A stretch of 63,471 nucleotides of DNA, filler included, from Choristocarpus tenellus KU-1152 (GCA_964200185.2; 8 parts of 8 records of this genome joined end to end with filler, not necessarily neighbours in it); one strand, 5' to 3'; positions 50,523 to 63,401 are shown, numbered from the whole stretch's first letter. Program-made: numbers and translations. The notes: generated by a model not told the origin, from the sequence alone.

Positions 50523-53500
50523 GCTTCCCATTCTCCCCCTCCCCCCCCCCCCAAGCACCCCCCCCGTCATCTCCCCACACCCCGCAAACCTATGTCGGTA
50601 AACAGGTGTCAGGGATGGTAAAAGCAGGATCGTAATGTACCCTGACGTGTCCGCAACCAATAAGCAGCCCCGGCGGGCTGTATCACCCCCCACCCCCTCA
50701 CTCCCTACCATGCACACCCCAGCATGGGTGATCTCAGGCGGTGGGGCCCCACCCTCCAAGGGCGGCATTTCAACCTGCGAAGATATTGAAAGGTGCACAG
50801 TCCCTGAAGACCTCCCAACTCCTGGCCTCTTGAAGGGGATTCTCCTGCTAGGGAGGAGACCCCCGCCGGTTGCAGGTGAGCTGTGTCGGCGGTGACCTCC
50901 CCCTCGTCCCCAGGAAGAGGATGATGAAGAGGCTTCAGAGTACCTTTCGGTGGCTTCATCTGCCACAACTGTGGCAATTGCTGCTCCTGCTCTACCCACC
51001 AGAACAAGGTGTGGCTTGGCAGGGGGGAGCCCACTGAGTCCTTGCAGCTCATAATCATGGTATCCATCTGTCACTGTACGAGCAGGCGTCGGGGTTACCC
51101 AGGTCTGTGTGAGACGCTCGCCCACAACCCCATCACCACCGATCACTCCCTCAGGTCTTTCCCCAACCCCCACCTCAGCCACCCCTTCGGCAGGGTCCTC
51201 GTCCAGAAAGGTCTCATTGCCGCTACCAACCTCTGAAGCAAAGGGTGTCACCGGTAGGCCACAGCTATCCACGCAGAACAGCCATCTTTTTCCAGCTCCA
51301 TCCCTATTCTTTTCTCCACTTCTACCTCCACCCCTCTGTCCCTGCCCAGTATCACCACCCGCTTCACACGCCTCAACCTCCTCATGTACCTCACCGGGAA
51401 TCTCAACCACACCAACAGGGTCTCGCGAAATCAGGTCGAAGACATTAAGATACCCATCAAGCACAACAAACAACGCACCCCCTGCCCCGTGCCGCCGTCT
51501 TCGCTTCTGTTGCCGCCCCACAGTCTTCCCAGTCGCAGTATTGCCGCCCTTGCCCCCTCCAAGCGTCCCTGCCCACCCCCAGGAAGTCGTGGCTGGCGGT
51601 GGCATCTCCCCTTCCTGCAGTGCATTGGGGAATGGGCCAATTTGCAATGTGGGCCAGCAAGGCAACGACTTTGGAGCCTTGACAGAGAGTAGTGTTGTAT
51701 TTCCTGTCTTGATGTCGGAGACGGAGATCACCCCTCCAGAGTCCGCTACTATAAGCACGAGGCCATCCGCATGAGGATCATATGACAGCTTTACGCAGCT
51801 CGCAGTGTGTGCATGCACCCGGAGGATAAATCGCGCCGAAGGAAGCTTCCACGATGTTCTCCCGGTCGCCACCGGCCCTCCTTCTGCTAACAAGCTGGCC
51901 TTCTTGACCCCTACATTACGGTCTTCCCCATCCTGCTCTGCTGCTTTCACCTCAGCTCCAAAAACAGCAGCAGCAGACACCTCCTCAAGCTCAAGTTGTT
52001 GCCCTTGGTCACCTATGTATCCCGTGGAAAAGGAGGAACCACCACCTGGTGATTCAGCCAACCAACCACGAGAATCGGGACAGTTCACTTCACCTCCTCT
52101 ACCATCATCTCTTTCCCATGCTCCTGCTGTCATTGATACCTTTTCTGTTGCACTCTCTTGGAGACAAACCTCATCTCCCCTGACTAACATCTCCGTTCCT
52201 CCCTCACTCTCATCCCCACCCTTCTGCATTTCCTCCTCAATCCGGCGAGCTTCGGCCTGGGCTTCTGCAATAGCAGCCTCCAGCTCCTCATCATCACCAC
52301 CCTCATCATCACCAACCCCTCTCCCGTCCTGATCCTCGCCCATCCATTTCCCCAAGCTACCTGAGCTAAGCCCTGGTTCCACCTCCATTCCTTGTGCTTC
52401 ACTCATCAATTTTAGATCCGTGTCCTCAAATGCCTGGCCCAATGACCCACAGCCAGACTTACCCGATCCTACTCGCCCTATGCTACCAGCATGTACATGT
52501 CCCCCAAGCCTGCCTCCACTCGACAACGCAAGAACGACCACATCACCCTTCTCCAACCCAACTGCAGCCCAGCATGAAGATCGATCGTCAGATCCCCCAG
52601 ATCCCCCATCAGCGGCCACAAGGTGGTCAGATTCCACCCATACATCCAGGGTCATCACGGGACTGGTGTAACCCTCACCTCCCACCATCTCTGTCACATC
52701 CACCAACCCAAGTGCAACCAAACCCGACGAAATATCTCGAAATTGCATCTTTCCATCCCGGATGCTCAAGCTGTCTCCAGGAGGAGCTGGACCACTGCTT
52801 TCCCAGAAGCTCACCACGCCGTCAGCGTGCCCAGCAACCAAAAGCTCACTCATTGCCAAATCCTCGTCCCTCCGAAAGCTGCGCACCCCCTCTGCCCATT
52901 CCAACCTGCCCCCCCGAAGTAGACAAGAGGACAAGTCACCATTACCAACGTCCCCTCTTGCATTGACATTTCTCTCACACGCTCCCGTGACATTGCTTGT
53001 GCTGCTGCAAGATTTCTCACCAGTCACTGAGGACGCCACATCACTTACAAGGCCCAGGGTCTTCACTGATGACAGGAGCGGAGTGCTAGCAGTGGCTGTC
53101 ACAGGAGCAAATCCTGACAGGTGAGAGGACAGCCTCTCCGGGGCCAGCTGGAGCAAGGCCGCACTTGGTGCAATCTGGATAGGGCACACCTGAACAGATG
53201 ATGCCCGACGGAAGCGCAATCGCGGTGGACCCCCTCTTTGAGGATACTCACAGACCTCCTCTGTCCAACAAACAAGTCCCAACACGTACAACTCTTCAAC
53301 CTTGCCTTCTTGGCCCCCCTCCATGTTTCCAAGCCTTGCGTCAATCCCATTGGGATCTGACATCGGTGACCCAATACCGCCCATGCCGATAGGGTCACTT
53401 TTGGTACCTTCAAGACCACTCTCAACCTCAGCACTCGTCGAAGCCCCCTCCCGTGCACCACGACTGCGATCAGCGCTGTCAACGATATGTACACAAGAAA

Positions 53501-55379
53501 GCCTTTCCTGCCCCACAGCAAAAGGCACAAAAACAACTTGCTCGAATTCCATCGCCATAGTTACCTCAGCCGATTTTTTCTTGCCTCTTCCACCCACACC
53601 CAACCCATTACGTGAGGGCAATTCAGACTGTTGTAACGGCACCGGAAGCAAGAGACTAACTCCGTCTGGCTCTTCACCCTCATCCATCTCTACCCCACCT
53701 GCTACGGCCAGTCCACCTGCCACCCACTGTATATGGGATACCGGGGTTCGAACAATCGTTGGACCTTCCCGAGTTAACCACTTTCCCCCTGCCTTTCCCA
53801 CCCAACGTGGACGAGCACTCGTCACCGACCCTACCCGCGAAGAAGTAGTTGAGAAGACAGCAAAGCAGCCGTTGCCAAAACCGGCAACAAAAGCACTTCC
53901 ATCGGGATGGAATGCCAAGGTTGTCACCTCTCGTTCTTGTGAACGTTCTTCATTATTTCCACCGTCATCACTATTGCTTTGTCTCTGATCAACACCAGAT
54001 TCATCACCAAAGTTGAGGTGATGTCGAGCAAGCCTCTTGCGCCGGATCCAGTCCCAGAGCACGATCTCACCACTTTCATAGCCAAACAATGCGCAGGGAG
54101 TACCTCCCAATAGAACTGATGTGATACATGTCACAGCTCCTGGTTTAGATCTACTTTCCTGGCCACGTGCCGTTCTGGTAGTGAAGCCAGCATCCTGTGG
54201 TGTGACACCGTAGCCAGACACCCGACACAATGGCAACACTTGCACCACACGGACTGTACCATGACTCGTACCCAGGTAGACATAACTCCCGTCGTGAGCA
54301 CCTGTATATCCATCTGCGCTTGTCTCAGTCCCTAGTCCCAACTCGCCTGAAGCCTCTTGGTTTTGAGGGGAATGGAAAGAGGTGACATATTCCGCAGAGT
54401 CATCCCAGCCTGCCGGGGGGGAAAGGTGGTTGCAGCAGCTGTCATTTTTGAGGTCCCACACCCACACAGAACCCGCCGTGCCAATGCCGACCAAGTGGTT
54501 TGGGTCAGGGAACACGAGGTGAGAAGGAGCTTCGTCGGCTTCCGATTCAGAGGTCTTCAGCATCACTTCCACGCCTGCCCCACCCGATACTTTCACCGCA
54601 CCTCCATGCGAGGCGACCGCCATTAACCCCTGTTTTGTCATTGACCCGGAAAAGATATCATCGGTGGGGGAGAGGTGTCATCGTTTGCGGAAATGGCGCC
54701 CATTCTCCAATCTCTTTACACCGAAAGGAGCTGCAAATCTGCAGCCCTCGCAGAGAGTACACAAAAGGCCCATTCAATATAGTGAAAACATGGAGATATC
54801 CTTTACAATCACGCTTGAAGGACAGCAATACCATAGCTCCAACGCTGACCATGCCATGCGGGCGAGGTCCAATCCGCATGATTCACGATCACACCGCCAA
54901 CAACCAACCTAGGGTATGACGTCTCGGACCAATCCCTACTGGACGGTCGTGAAATGCAGTTCACTAAACAGACTTTTGGGACATCATCATCATGGAGTTT
55001 GACATCTCAGCTGACCTCACATTGGTGGGTTCGTACGCCAGGGCGACAAGGTCGCTTGGCAATCCATGGTGTCCAAAGCGCCGAGGTTTTGCGAAAGCAC
55101 CCATAATATCTGCACAATCTGGATCTGGTACCTGCTCTGCTACTGAAGATTCGACAGGCCGTGATGATCTACGCTGTGATCTCGGCGTCCCCATACCGAT
55201 GCCAACCTGTAAGAGAAGGTTGAACGGATACTTAGATAAACTCCACTCTTTCTATATGTAGTAACAATAACTCCAACATCCAAAGCACTCCCCACTCAGT
55301 TCATGATCCGGCAATGCACAGCTGGTTTATCCTTACACAACGTAGCTTGTGAACTTGCCTGGGCTCCCACATGGCTCAT
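50523..55379 (-). CDS. Tomosyn/Lethal-giant-larvae (STXBP5/LLGL)-like WD40 protein, 3' end off contig
   Basis: Putative exon 55379-55359 (GC donor), exon 55206-55021, and an exon from 54629 to the gap. The spliced HHGLPSDLVALAYEPTN|GLMAVASHGGAVKVSGGAGVE matches the family N-terminus. WD motifs include YVYLGTSHGTVRV, FGYESGEIVLWD, LAFHPDG and LVAGHADGVVSFW. Confidence 0.8.
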
Positions 55380-55551
55380 CAAGTCCAGCATCTGACCTTC
55401 TGTCTGTCTGGTTGTTCTGGTTATTCTCCATACAATGCTTAATGAGGAGTACTACATCATGTGGGGGCATTTTTTTGGACTCGCACACTTCTCTTCCAAT
55501 TTCATAACGATGAAGTCTACTTGGAGTGAGAAATAAACACGATCATATGAT

Positions 55552-58466
55552 ATGTTAGAATGCCTCCATCGCCAAGGTGATATTATGGGTAGTACCATGA
55601 GGTATGGGTGGGGTATATTCATGTTCTCTGTGCTCTGTTCTCTCCTCTCTCAGACAGTGTCATCCCTGAACCAGCCATGGGGACCAACAGGAGAGGCAAT
55701 GGGGGTGTCCCCTTATGGTCAGGATGTGTCAGGTGGTAAGAGTGATAATCGTGATCAATATAATCTGGGTTACGGGAGACAATCTCCATCGACCAACGCC
55801 AATCAGCAGGACGCGCAGGACGGAGGAGGACAGGGAGCGTATATGGGTGGAGGCGCTATCGTAGGTGGCGACCAATATGCCCACCAGCACTACCAGCAAC
55901 AGACTTACCAGGCTGGTCCTCCGATGCAATCTCCGTGGGCGGGACAGGGGCATTACCAGCAGCCAAATGGTGAGCCCCTGCGACTGGGGTCAAAATTAAA
56001 GAGTCTGGTATCCCGCGTAAAGACCGTAGTGCGACCAGCACCTGCGGAAGACTACTACCAAGATCAATACTATCAGCAGCAGCCAGGAGGTGTCTATCAG
56101 CAGCAGCCAGGAGGTGTCTATCAGCAGCAGCCAGGAGGTGTCTATCAGCAGCAGCCAGGAGGTGTCTATCAGGCACCGGGACAAGCGGGTTCGGGATACT
56201 ATGATGCTTCCTCGCCGTGGTTAGGGGGTACTGGAAGTGGTCGAGGGAGTGGTCCTTCTCCTCGAGTGAGCAACTTTCCAGCGCAGCCAGGGTACAGTGG
56301 ACAACATGCACTTGAGGAGCAGGAAACCCCAGGACATTTCGAAAACTATGGAGGCAATGGATACTATCAGCAAGAAAACGTGCAGAAGGTTACAGGGTGG
56401 GCACAGAATGACGACGTATACTCTGGCGTACCACAGATACCTCAATCAGTGGAGGAGATCCCTACCGTAACCTCGAGTGGTTCGCCCAGAACGGCTGACC
56501 CCTCCCTGTTGGATACCAACATCCATCCTCAGCAGGGTAACTTGGAGATGCCTGGCAGAGACCCTAGCCATTCTTCAGGGTATGGAGGTGACAACTTTTA
56601 CGGGACACAACAGGGGAGCAGGGAAGAAACCCAAACCCTACCCAACTACCCAGTGGGAAACGAAGGCGAGTGGCATCGAGGTGAAGCAGCGGTGGTAGGA
56701 GTGGAGCCTCCTGCTCAACTCACGCAAGAGCCTCTAGGCGAGGAAGAACAGGGATCTGTGGAGCATGACCTCCACTCGGTCCCAGGGGTCAAGGATCAAA
56801 ATCAGCTACGGCAATCACAAGTGGATAATGAGACTCGTGATCTGACCAGCATTCAAGGCTCACCAGGACCCCATGATTGTACTCAGCCCTCATTAACACA
56901 GGAAGCAACACAGATAGATGAGTCAGGTGCAACTGGAGGCTTGGTTAATCCGATTTGGATGTGGGATGATCCCAAGATAGACAAAAGTGGAGTGCAAAAT
57001 GAGCCACCTACAGTGTTGCAAGGTTCTGGATGGAGGGTTCAAGAGGAGGTTCAGGAGTCCAGCAGCGAGATACCATTCAGTCAAGAGAGCTCAAATGATG
57101 GATACAGTTTTGGTCAGGACAGAGGGGGAAGAGCCTCTTCAGAGGTGTCTACTGCCCATGATGCTGGTGAACACTCAGCTCACACGGCACCCCAGCAAAC
57201 TCCAACTGTAGAGCAAGCAAGCACTCCTGGTGATGGCAGGACTTCATCACCAGGTGAAGTCCCTGCTACAAGTGGAGACTTGCGTAGGGTAGGGGATGTT
57301 CTAGAAGATGAAGCGGCAGTATGGCAAACTGCCTCAACTGTCACCACTCCTTCAGGTAGTGAGGACGTCACTAGGCAGGTTAACACCAGTAAAGTAGAGA
57401 TGGAGATGGAGATGGAGATGGAGGAGGAGGAGGAGGAGGCATTATTGCTTGAGCTTGAGCGCATTGAGCGAGAGATGGATGAGCTCGCAGACAGTGATGA
57501 CAATGTCAAAGTGGATGAGGAAACACAACGTGAGATCGACAGCTTCTTGCAGGGCCTCCACAATGCAGGTAATGGAGGTGGGAGTGTTGGGGGGGTGACA
57601 CCAACTACCTCCTTTGGCCGTGATGATGCCCTCAGCAGCAACAGAGAGATAGATGAAGGGGCTGATGACGCCGAAGTGGCACAGCTGGGTGTGCAGGTGG
57701 AGAGTAATGAATTGGTAGAATCCAATCAGCCCCTTCCACAACAACAAAGCTGGGGACAAGGCGAGGTGCAAGAGCAACAGCGTGAGGCCTGGGTGGGTGC
57801 TACCACGGTAGAAGATGGAAGCCAGCATGACACACACAACTCTATCTATAGGGGAAACACTGTTGATGATGATCCTATGGGTCTGGGTAGTTCACCCGCA
57901 CCAGAGACTGGGGTGGAAGCAGCGATGGGGTTGGTGGGAACTGGTGCAGGTGGGGGGGGGGCTTGGGCACATCATGACTTGAATGAAGAAAGTTTGACCT
58001 TCATCAGTGATGGTGAGACAATCGGTCCAGAGGGGGGGATAAATTACTCTGAAGGGGGAAGGAAAGACCTGGGTGTAGAGAGTGGAGGGGTGCAGCAAGA
58101 GGAGGAGGAGGAGGAACCCCTGGACCCAATTGAGCTGCCACCATCAGTTGGAAGTGAGGTCTGGAATGACCAGCACTTGCAGGACCAGCTTGATGCTTAT
58201 TGGGAGCAGGTTAAGAGTCAGGGGGCTAGAACAAGGGCTGGAGGAGGAACAGCTTATGGCGTGCAAGAACAGCAGCTACTGCCAGGGTACAATCAGGGGG
58301 GAACTTTCAGCCCAGGTGACTGGGCAGGAAGTGGAGTTGGGACAAACTTTGGCCAACAAGGAGATTGGGTGCAGGAAGGTAGAGGTGATGGTGGAGGGGA
58401 GGTTTATGGCAAGGGGGCGCTTGTACATGATCCTTCATCGCCTGGGATGGCAACAGTAGGTGCAGG
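55552..58466 (+). CDS. Uncharacterised Gln/Gly/Tyr-rich then acidic low-complexity protein with a likely signal peptide (probable start 55585 or 55597; 3' end off contig)
   Basis: About 970-codon open frame; MRYGWGIFMFSVLCSLLSQTVSS signal-like segment; four YQQQPGGV repeats. Confidence 0.8.
56071..56172 (+). repeat. 24-bp coding tandem repeat, x4
   Basis: tatcagcagcagccaggaggtgtc x4, identical copies. Confidence 0.95.
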
Positions 58467-58566
58467 NNNNNNNNNNNNNNNNNNNNNNNNNNNNNNNNNN
58501 NNNNNNNNNNTTAATTAATTAANNNNNNNNNNNNNNNNNNNNNNNNNNNNNNNNNNNNNNNNNNNN
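58467..58566. other. Artificial contig-joining spacer
   Basis: N44-TTAATTAATTAA-N44. Confidence 0.98.
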
Positions 58567-59219
58567 AGGGAAAACAGAACACATTAAACAAGGAAGGGGA
58601 GCTCGGAGGTAGGGTTGAGAAAGAATTGATTCTGGTGTGTGTGGCAGCATTTGTGTTGCCAATAACAGCAAAAAAAATGCAGGCTTATAAAGAAGCTCTT
58701 CACAGCTTGGCCGACCCTCCAACTGTATCTCTATCACCCGTTGTCCCTTCTGCTTGCTACAATGAAGTTCAGGAAGGCTCCCCTCCTTGCCCCCTCCACC
58801 GCTGGACGGCCAGTATATATATACCTATTTATATGTCTCACAGATCCACCCCCACCCTCCTGACTCTCATAACTAGAACCTATTTCTACTTTCTGGTCAG
58901 GATGGACATCATGAAAAACGAAATTCGGATCAGATCCATGCAAGGGAATCACCAAGGATATTGTAAAGGTACTGCATGACTCCCTGGAACACATCTTTCA
59001 GGTTAAGGATCAACTTGACTCCTTCAAAAACATGTCAGCCCCTCCTGTTTCTCTACAGATAGCACTTCCCAAAAAGAAGCTGCGAAACAACTGGAAGTTC
59101 CTTACTCCTTCCCTCATCTGGTCCGAATTTTGACGATATCCATCCTAACCAGAAAGCAGTAAATGTATATTTATATATTGGGAATAGGGATACTTCAAAG
59201 CCGACGGACGGCCCCTCAC

Positions 59220-61173
59220 CGCTGCAAGGATGGCATGATTGTCTGCTTCTGATCCACATGAGACAAACACCACCTCTGATGGCACACAGCCCAGTAGGGC
59301 TGCCACCTGCTCCCTCCCTTTATCCACTGCTAGTCTGCAAGGGCGACCTAGAGCATGAGTGCTGGAAGGATTACCAAAACACTTGCCAATGTAGGGGAGC
59401 ATCTCTTGCGTCACTTCTGGATAAATGGGTGATGTTGCATTGTAGTCCTTGTTCAGATTGAGGTGAGAAGAGGGGGAAGGAGGGGTAGGAGTCAACGAAA
59501 ATACACTCTGCCGTTTTTTCTTTACCATGTGAATGAAGGAGTCTTTGCAATCAAAGAAATGATTCCCTTTAATATCCTCCACAATAGCTCTTGCACTATT
59601 TGAGTGATTTGATCATGCTCCCCTTAGCCTTTTCTCACCTCCTCGAAGTTCTAGCATGCAACACTAAATCTCTGTCATTACCTACCACACACAAGAACAC
59701 AACATTCTAGAGGCAACAACTCCACCAAGTTGGGGATACCCAACAACTAATTCAGTTGGAAGCAGAGACCTCAGTATGAGAAGACAGTCTCTAAACCTTG
59801 ACTGGCCACACAAAATCGATGCGCAAATAATTGTGTTCCTTCTTTGGGGCAAATGTTTCAAAATAAACAATGACTATGAAAGTGTTTGAGTGAAAACATA
59901 TAAGAGGGGGGGCAGGGCGGTTTTGGTCTTTTTGGGCTTCAAGACTATTTAGGACTTTGTCCAAATACCCCATGCCCATGTCTGAAATGGAGTCAATCCC
60001 TGTTAGAAGGGTATTGCCGTAAAGAGAAGACTAGCTGCAAAAACATTATTAGCTGAAAGCACCCTCCACAGTGTCAAAGTACAAGACAGTCATTGGGACT
60101 CTTGAGAGTCAACAAGTTCCTCCTCTTTGATCAGTAATACAAATCAGAAAGGCAGGAGGAAGGGGTGGTGAAGAAACTCATTCTGTGCCTATCTATTGAT
60201 ACCTAAAGATTACCTTCATAATAGATATGGAAATTGAGATGCAGAGAGGGAGAAGGGTACTTGTGGCCACAAGAGAACATTCCAGTCAATCTGGAAAAAA
60301 ATGTCAAAACGTGATTGTTAGTTAAGTCACACAGGGAGAATTTGCAAATCCTTGCATCTTCAAAACCAGGAAGAAATGAAACTGAAGCGAGGGACATAAT
60401 TGGATAAGAATGGCACAAGAAAACTTTGAACAAAATGACGGATCAGTTATGGATTACAACTCGTCTACGCTTCCAGAAGACCTAGAAACGCAGGCGTAAC
60501 AGAAAAGCTAATGGTTTTCGGTATGTTTTTGTTACTTCCTCTCCTCTCTGGGCTACCCATTTACCCTACCCAATCTACACCTTGTTCCCCTTCCTTACCC
60601 CAGTCTTTGACTCACCAGGTATGCGCAACGTTTGTGCTCTGGGTATGGCAAAGGCACGCCCACACCAGTCCGCACGACAAGAGCCTGTATTGAAGAGGGA
60701 AGAGCCGGAAGCATTGCTACCTTCACCAGCGCCCCCATTGTGACGAAGGCAAAGACTTTGAAGGCAGGAAGGAAGCAGGGCCGAGGGGTTTCATGTGGGT
60801 TGTATCAGGAGGGGTCCTGTAAATCAGGACAGGACTGGTTTAAGGTTAAAGAATGTGCGGTAAGGCTTACACAGGCACGCAATCTGGCTGTAATAAAACT
60901 TGTACTGGTATGTGTGAGTGGGGAAGGAGCAAAGAGGGTTTCAGGTATGAAGCGGGTACGCTACACACTAAAACATTGTATCCCATGCGACGAAAGAGTG
61001 GAAAGAGACCTGGGATCGTATGGGAGAAAAGGCAGCAATGCCACCAAATCCATACCCTGCGGATATTCTCTTGTATTACATACTGCAAATTTGGGGGCGA
61101 AAAACCATTTGCACTAGGCACTCACAGATATAGCTGCAATAGATAGCAACCCAGCGCGTGAGATCTTCCCCAT
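59220..61173 (-). CDS. Class-V PLP enzyme, NifS-like cysteine desulfurase/selenocysteine lyase; 5' part
   Basis: Exons 61173-61126 (tentative), 60684-60616 and 59447-59220, all phase 0, give AYL|DYNATSP...FGNPSSTH..GR....AVDKGREQVAALLG...EVVFVSCGSEADNHAI. Confidence 0.85.
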
Positions 61174-62149
61174 GCTCTACACCTGACCTCAGCAATGACT
61201 CTTGCAGCAAGGACGCACAGACCACCGCTATTGACAAGCTCTGCCGCGTTGGGGTGTGGAGTAGATCAGGTGTCGCACAGAGCGATTAAGATTTCCATGT
61301 ACAGATGAAGAATTCAAAATTCAGGTATGAATTGTGGTAGTCACAACACTCACGAGGATGTGGGTGAGGGGTCGAACATGCCTCAAGCTCAGTAGCAGCA
61401 ATATCATCAATATGAGGGCTGTCAAAATGACAACTGCGAGTAGACTCAGCGGATGTCCCTTCGCCAAAAGCGCCACGGGGAGGACATTGGAATCGCAATC
61501 TTCAAACTCCATAGCTGAGCCTCACCAGTAGTACTGGGACAGAGGAAGTGGGGCTTTGGGGAGGCTAGTGTTGGCGTTTTAACTGTTTATATAATATACT
61601 AGCAATACTATTGTTACTACTGTACAACAATTTTGTTCGATTTTGCAATCATAATGATTTTTTCCTTACATATTTGTACAAGGTACAATATAATATGGTG
61701 CATAGAAGTGGTTTCCATGTTGGGACACTTGCGGACGTTGGATGAGCTCCCTACGGGAACAAAGGTCTCGTTTTGGATGTTACGTTCGCAAAAGTGTAAG
61801 CAGTCTCCCATCTGCCACTCTCACCCACCAGGAATGGTGTAGCTGCTGCTGCAGCTGAAGGGCGAAAGCACATCAATTAGTAGGTCCTTTTGATCCTCGT
61901 AGTTTAACCTCAACACCTTCGCGGCTGAAAGTTTGTGCACCTCGATAAACAACCAGAAAGTTTTCCGGATGAGTTGACTACACACACAGTAGGGGGGAGA
62001 GGGCTGGGAGGTTACAGTAGGAAAGGAGCAGTCAAATCCCACTTACGACAGATAGTGTCTGTCACAACACAAGTGGCTCTGTCAAGAGGTTTCATACGTT
62101 TGAAGCTGAAGACACAAGGGAGATGGGCAAGGAGGGACATGTCAGATTC

Positions 62150-62602
62150 TTGGGATGCTTCCCTAGCTCCTCACCCTGTGGTGTAGGGCTGAGCTATGTT
62201 GGAGGCATAGCAGCAATGTACACATCGTTACAAGTTATTATGGGAGTGGTGTAGTATTGATGGTTGTCAAGCAAATAGATTTTGGAGAGAAATCTTTCAC
62301 ATTTACGACAACTGTTACTTTTTCGGACTTTTTCGGAGTTCCTTACGATATTGAATCGACTTTTCCCGACACATCTGCAAAATGTCACCGACGCAGTAGT
62401 ACATATTTGGATGCTTCCCTAGCCCCTCGCCCAGTGGTGTAGGGCTAGGTTGGAGGCATAGCAGGTGAGTGGTGTAGTATAGCTGATAATCAAACTGTAA
62501 ATATAGATTTTGGAGAGATATCTTTTCACATTTGAGATAACTGTTACTTTTGCAGGGGTCCTTACATATTAGTATACCTTCTGACATTTTGCAGATATGT
62601 CA
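62150..62602. repeat. Diverged direct tandem duplication (period about 257 bp)
   Basis: Units ~62150-62386 and ~62407-62602 share ggatgcttccctagc, gttggaggcatagcag, gagtggtgtagtat, tagattttggagaga and aactgttactttt. Confidence 0.85.
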
Positions 62603-62845
62603 GGGGAAAAGCCAATTCAATATCATATCTTTCATATGTTGTAAGGACAAAGGGATGGGGCTGGGGCGGTGATGGACAAAGGTGACGACGGCACAAGGAA
62701 CAGGCAAAGGAGAAGAGTGAACAACGATAGAGGACACAGGGTTCCCGCTGCAAGAATAGACGGACAGGTTTCACAGGATGGCGAAGGTCCTATGGAGAGC
62801 TGGTCACCCCCTCCCAACTGGGATTAGGAGGAGACAGGAGATTCG

Positions 62846-63401
62846 ATGACAGGAGGTATCATTGTGACCCGACAGCCAGCCTCTCCCACCAGTGGCCCTA
62901 ACCCATGCCCAACTCAGCAACCATACCACCTCAAACCGGAACCTTGCCCTATCTGCATCTCCCTGATACAATTGCCAGTATTCCCCTTCACCTGTCCATA
63001 CCCCCTCAACCTGGGCTGTGGCTCAGCCCTTCACCTCCACGACCACCCCCAGCACCCCATCCCGTGCTCCACCTGCTGTGCCCCGGTAACCCTGAGACAC
63101 TAGTACAGTGTCATGGAGAGGATTGTGGAAACCGAAATCATGCTTTAATCCATCTGCCTTCAATCGTCCTCTACCCCTTTCGCCATCCCACTTTTTCGCC
63201 TACTCTCCATCCCACACCCTCACCCCCAGCCCCTTCCCCTTTATTTCCTCCTTGTCCGAGCTGCCTAGAGTCGCTTTCCCCAGACCATTGGGGTACCCTC
63301 CCTTGTGGTTGCTCGTTCCACCCCACATGCATGGTCAGCCTTTGTGAAGATGCAAACCACCCTTCACATGCCCCCACTCTGGAACAACACACTCGCCCAT
63401 T
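62846..63401 (+). pseudogene. Frameshifted RING-PHD-RING-like zinc-finger cassette
   Basis: CPICISLIQLPVFPFTCPYPLNLGC; CSTCCAP/(frameshift)LVQCHGEDCGNRNH; Pro linker; CPSCLESLSPDHWGTLPCGCSFHPTC. Confidence 0.55.

Noticed and set aside
56071-56172. CRISPR-like array
   Set aside because: Contiguous in-frame coding repeats with no spacers, in eukaryotic DNA.
9095-58566. Recurrent palindromic TTAATTAATTAA motif and apparent gene neighbourhoods across the window
   Set aside because: The motif is always centred in identical N-padded 100-nt blocks, so it is an assembly linker. Adjacency across linkers is not evidence of clustering.
61200-61945. Exon-like segments upstream of the NifS-like gene as an N-terminal fusion
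   Set aside because: No splice path joined them in frame to the NifS exons with confidence.
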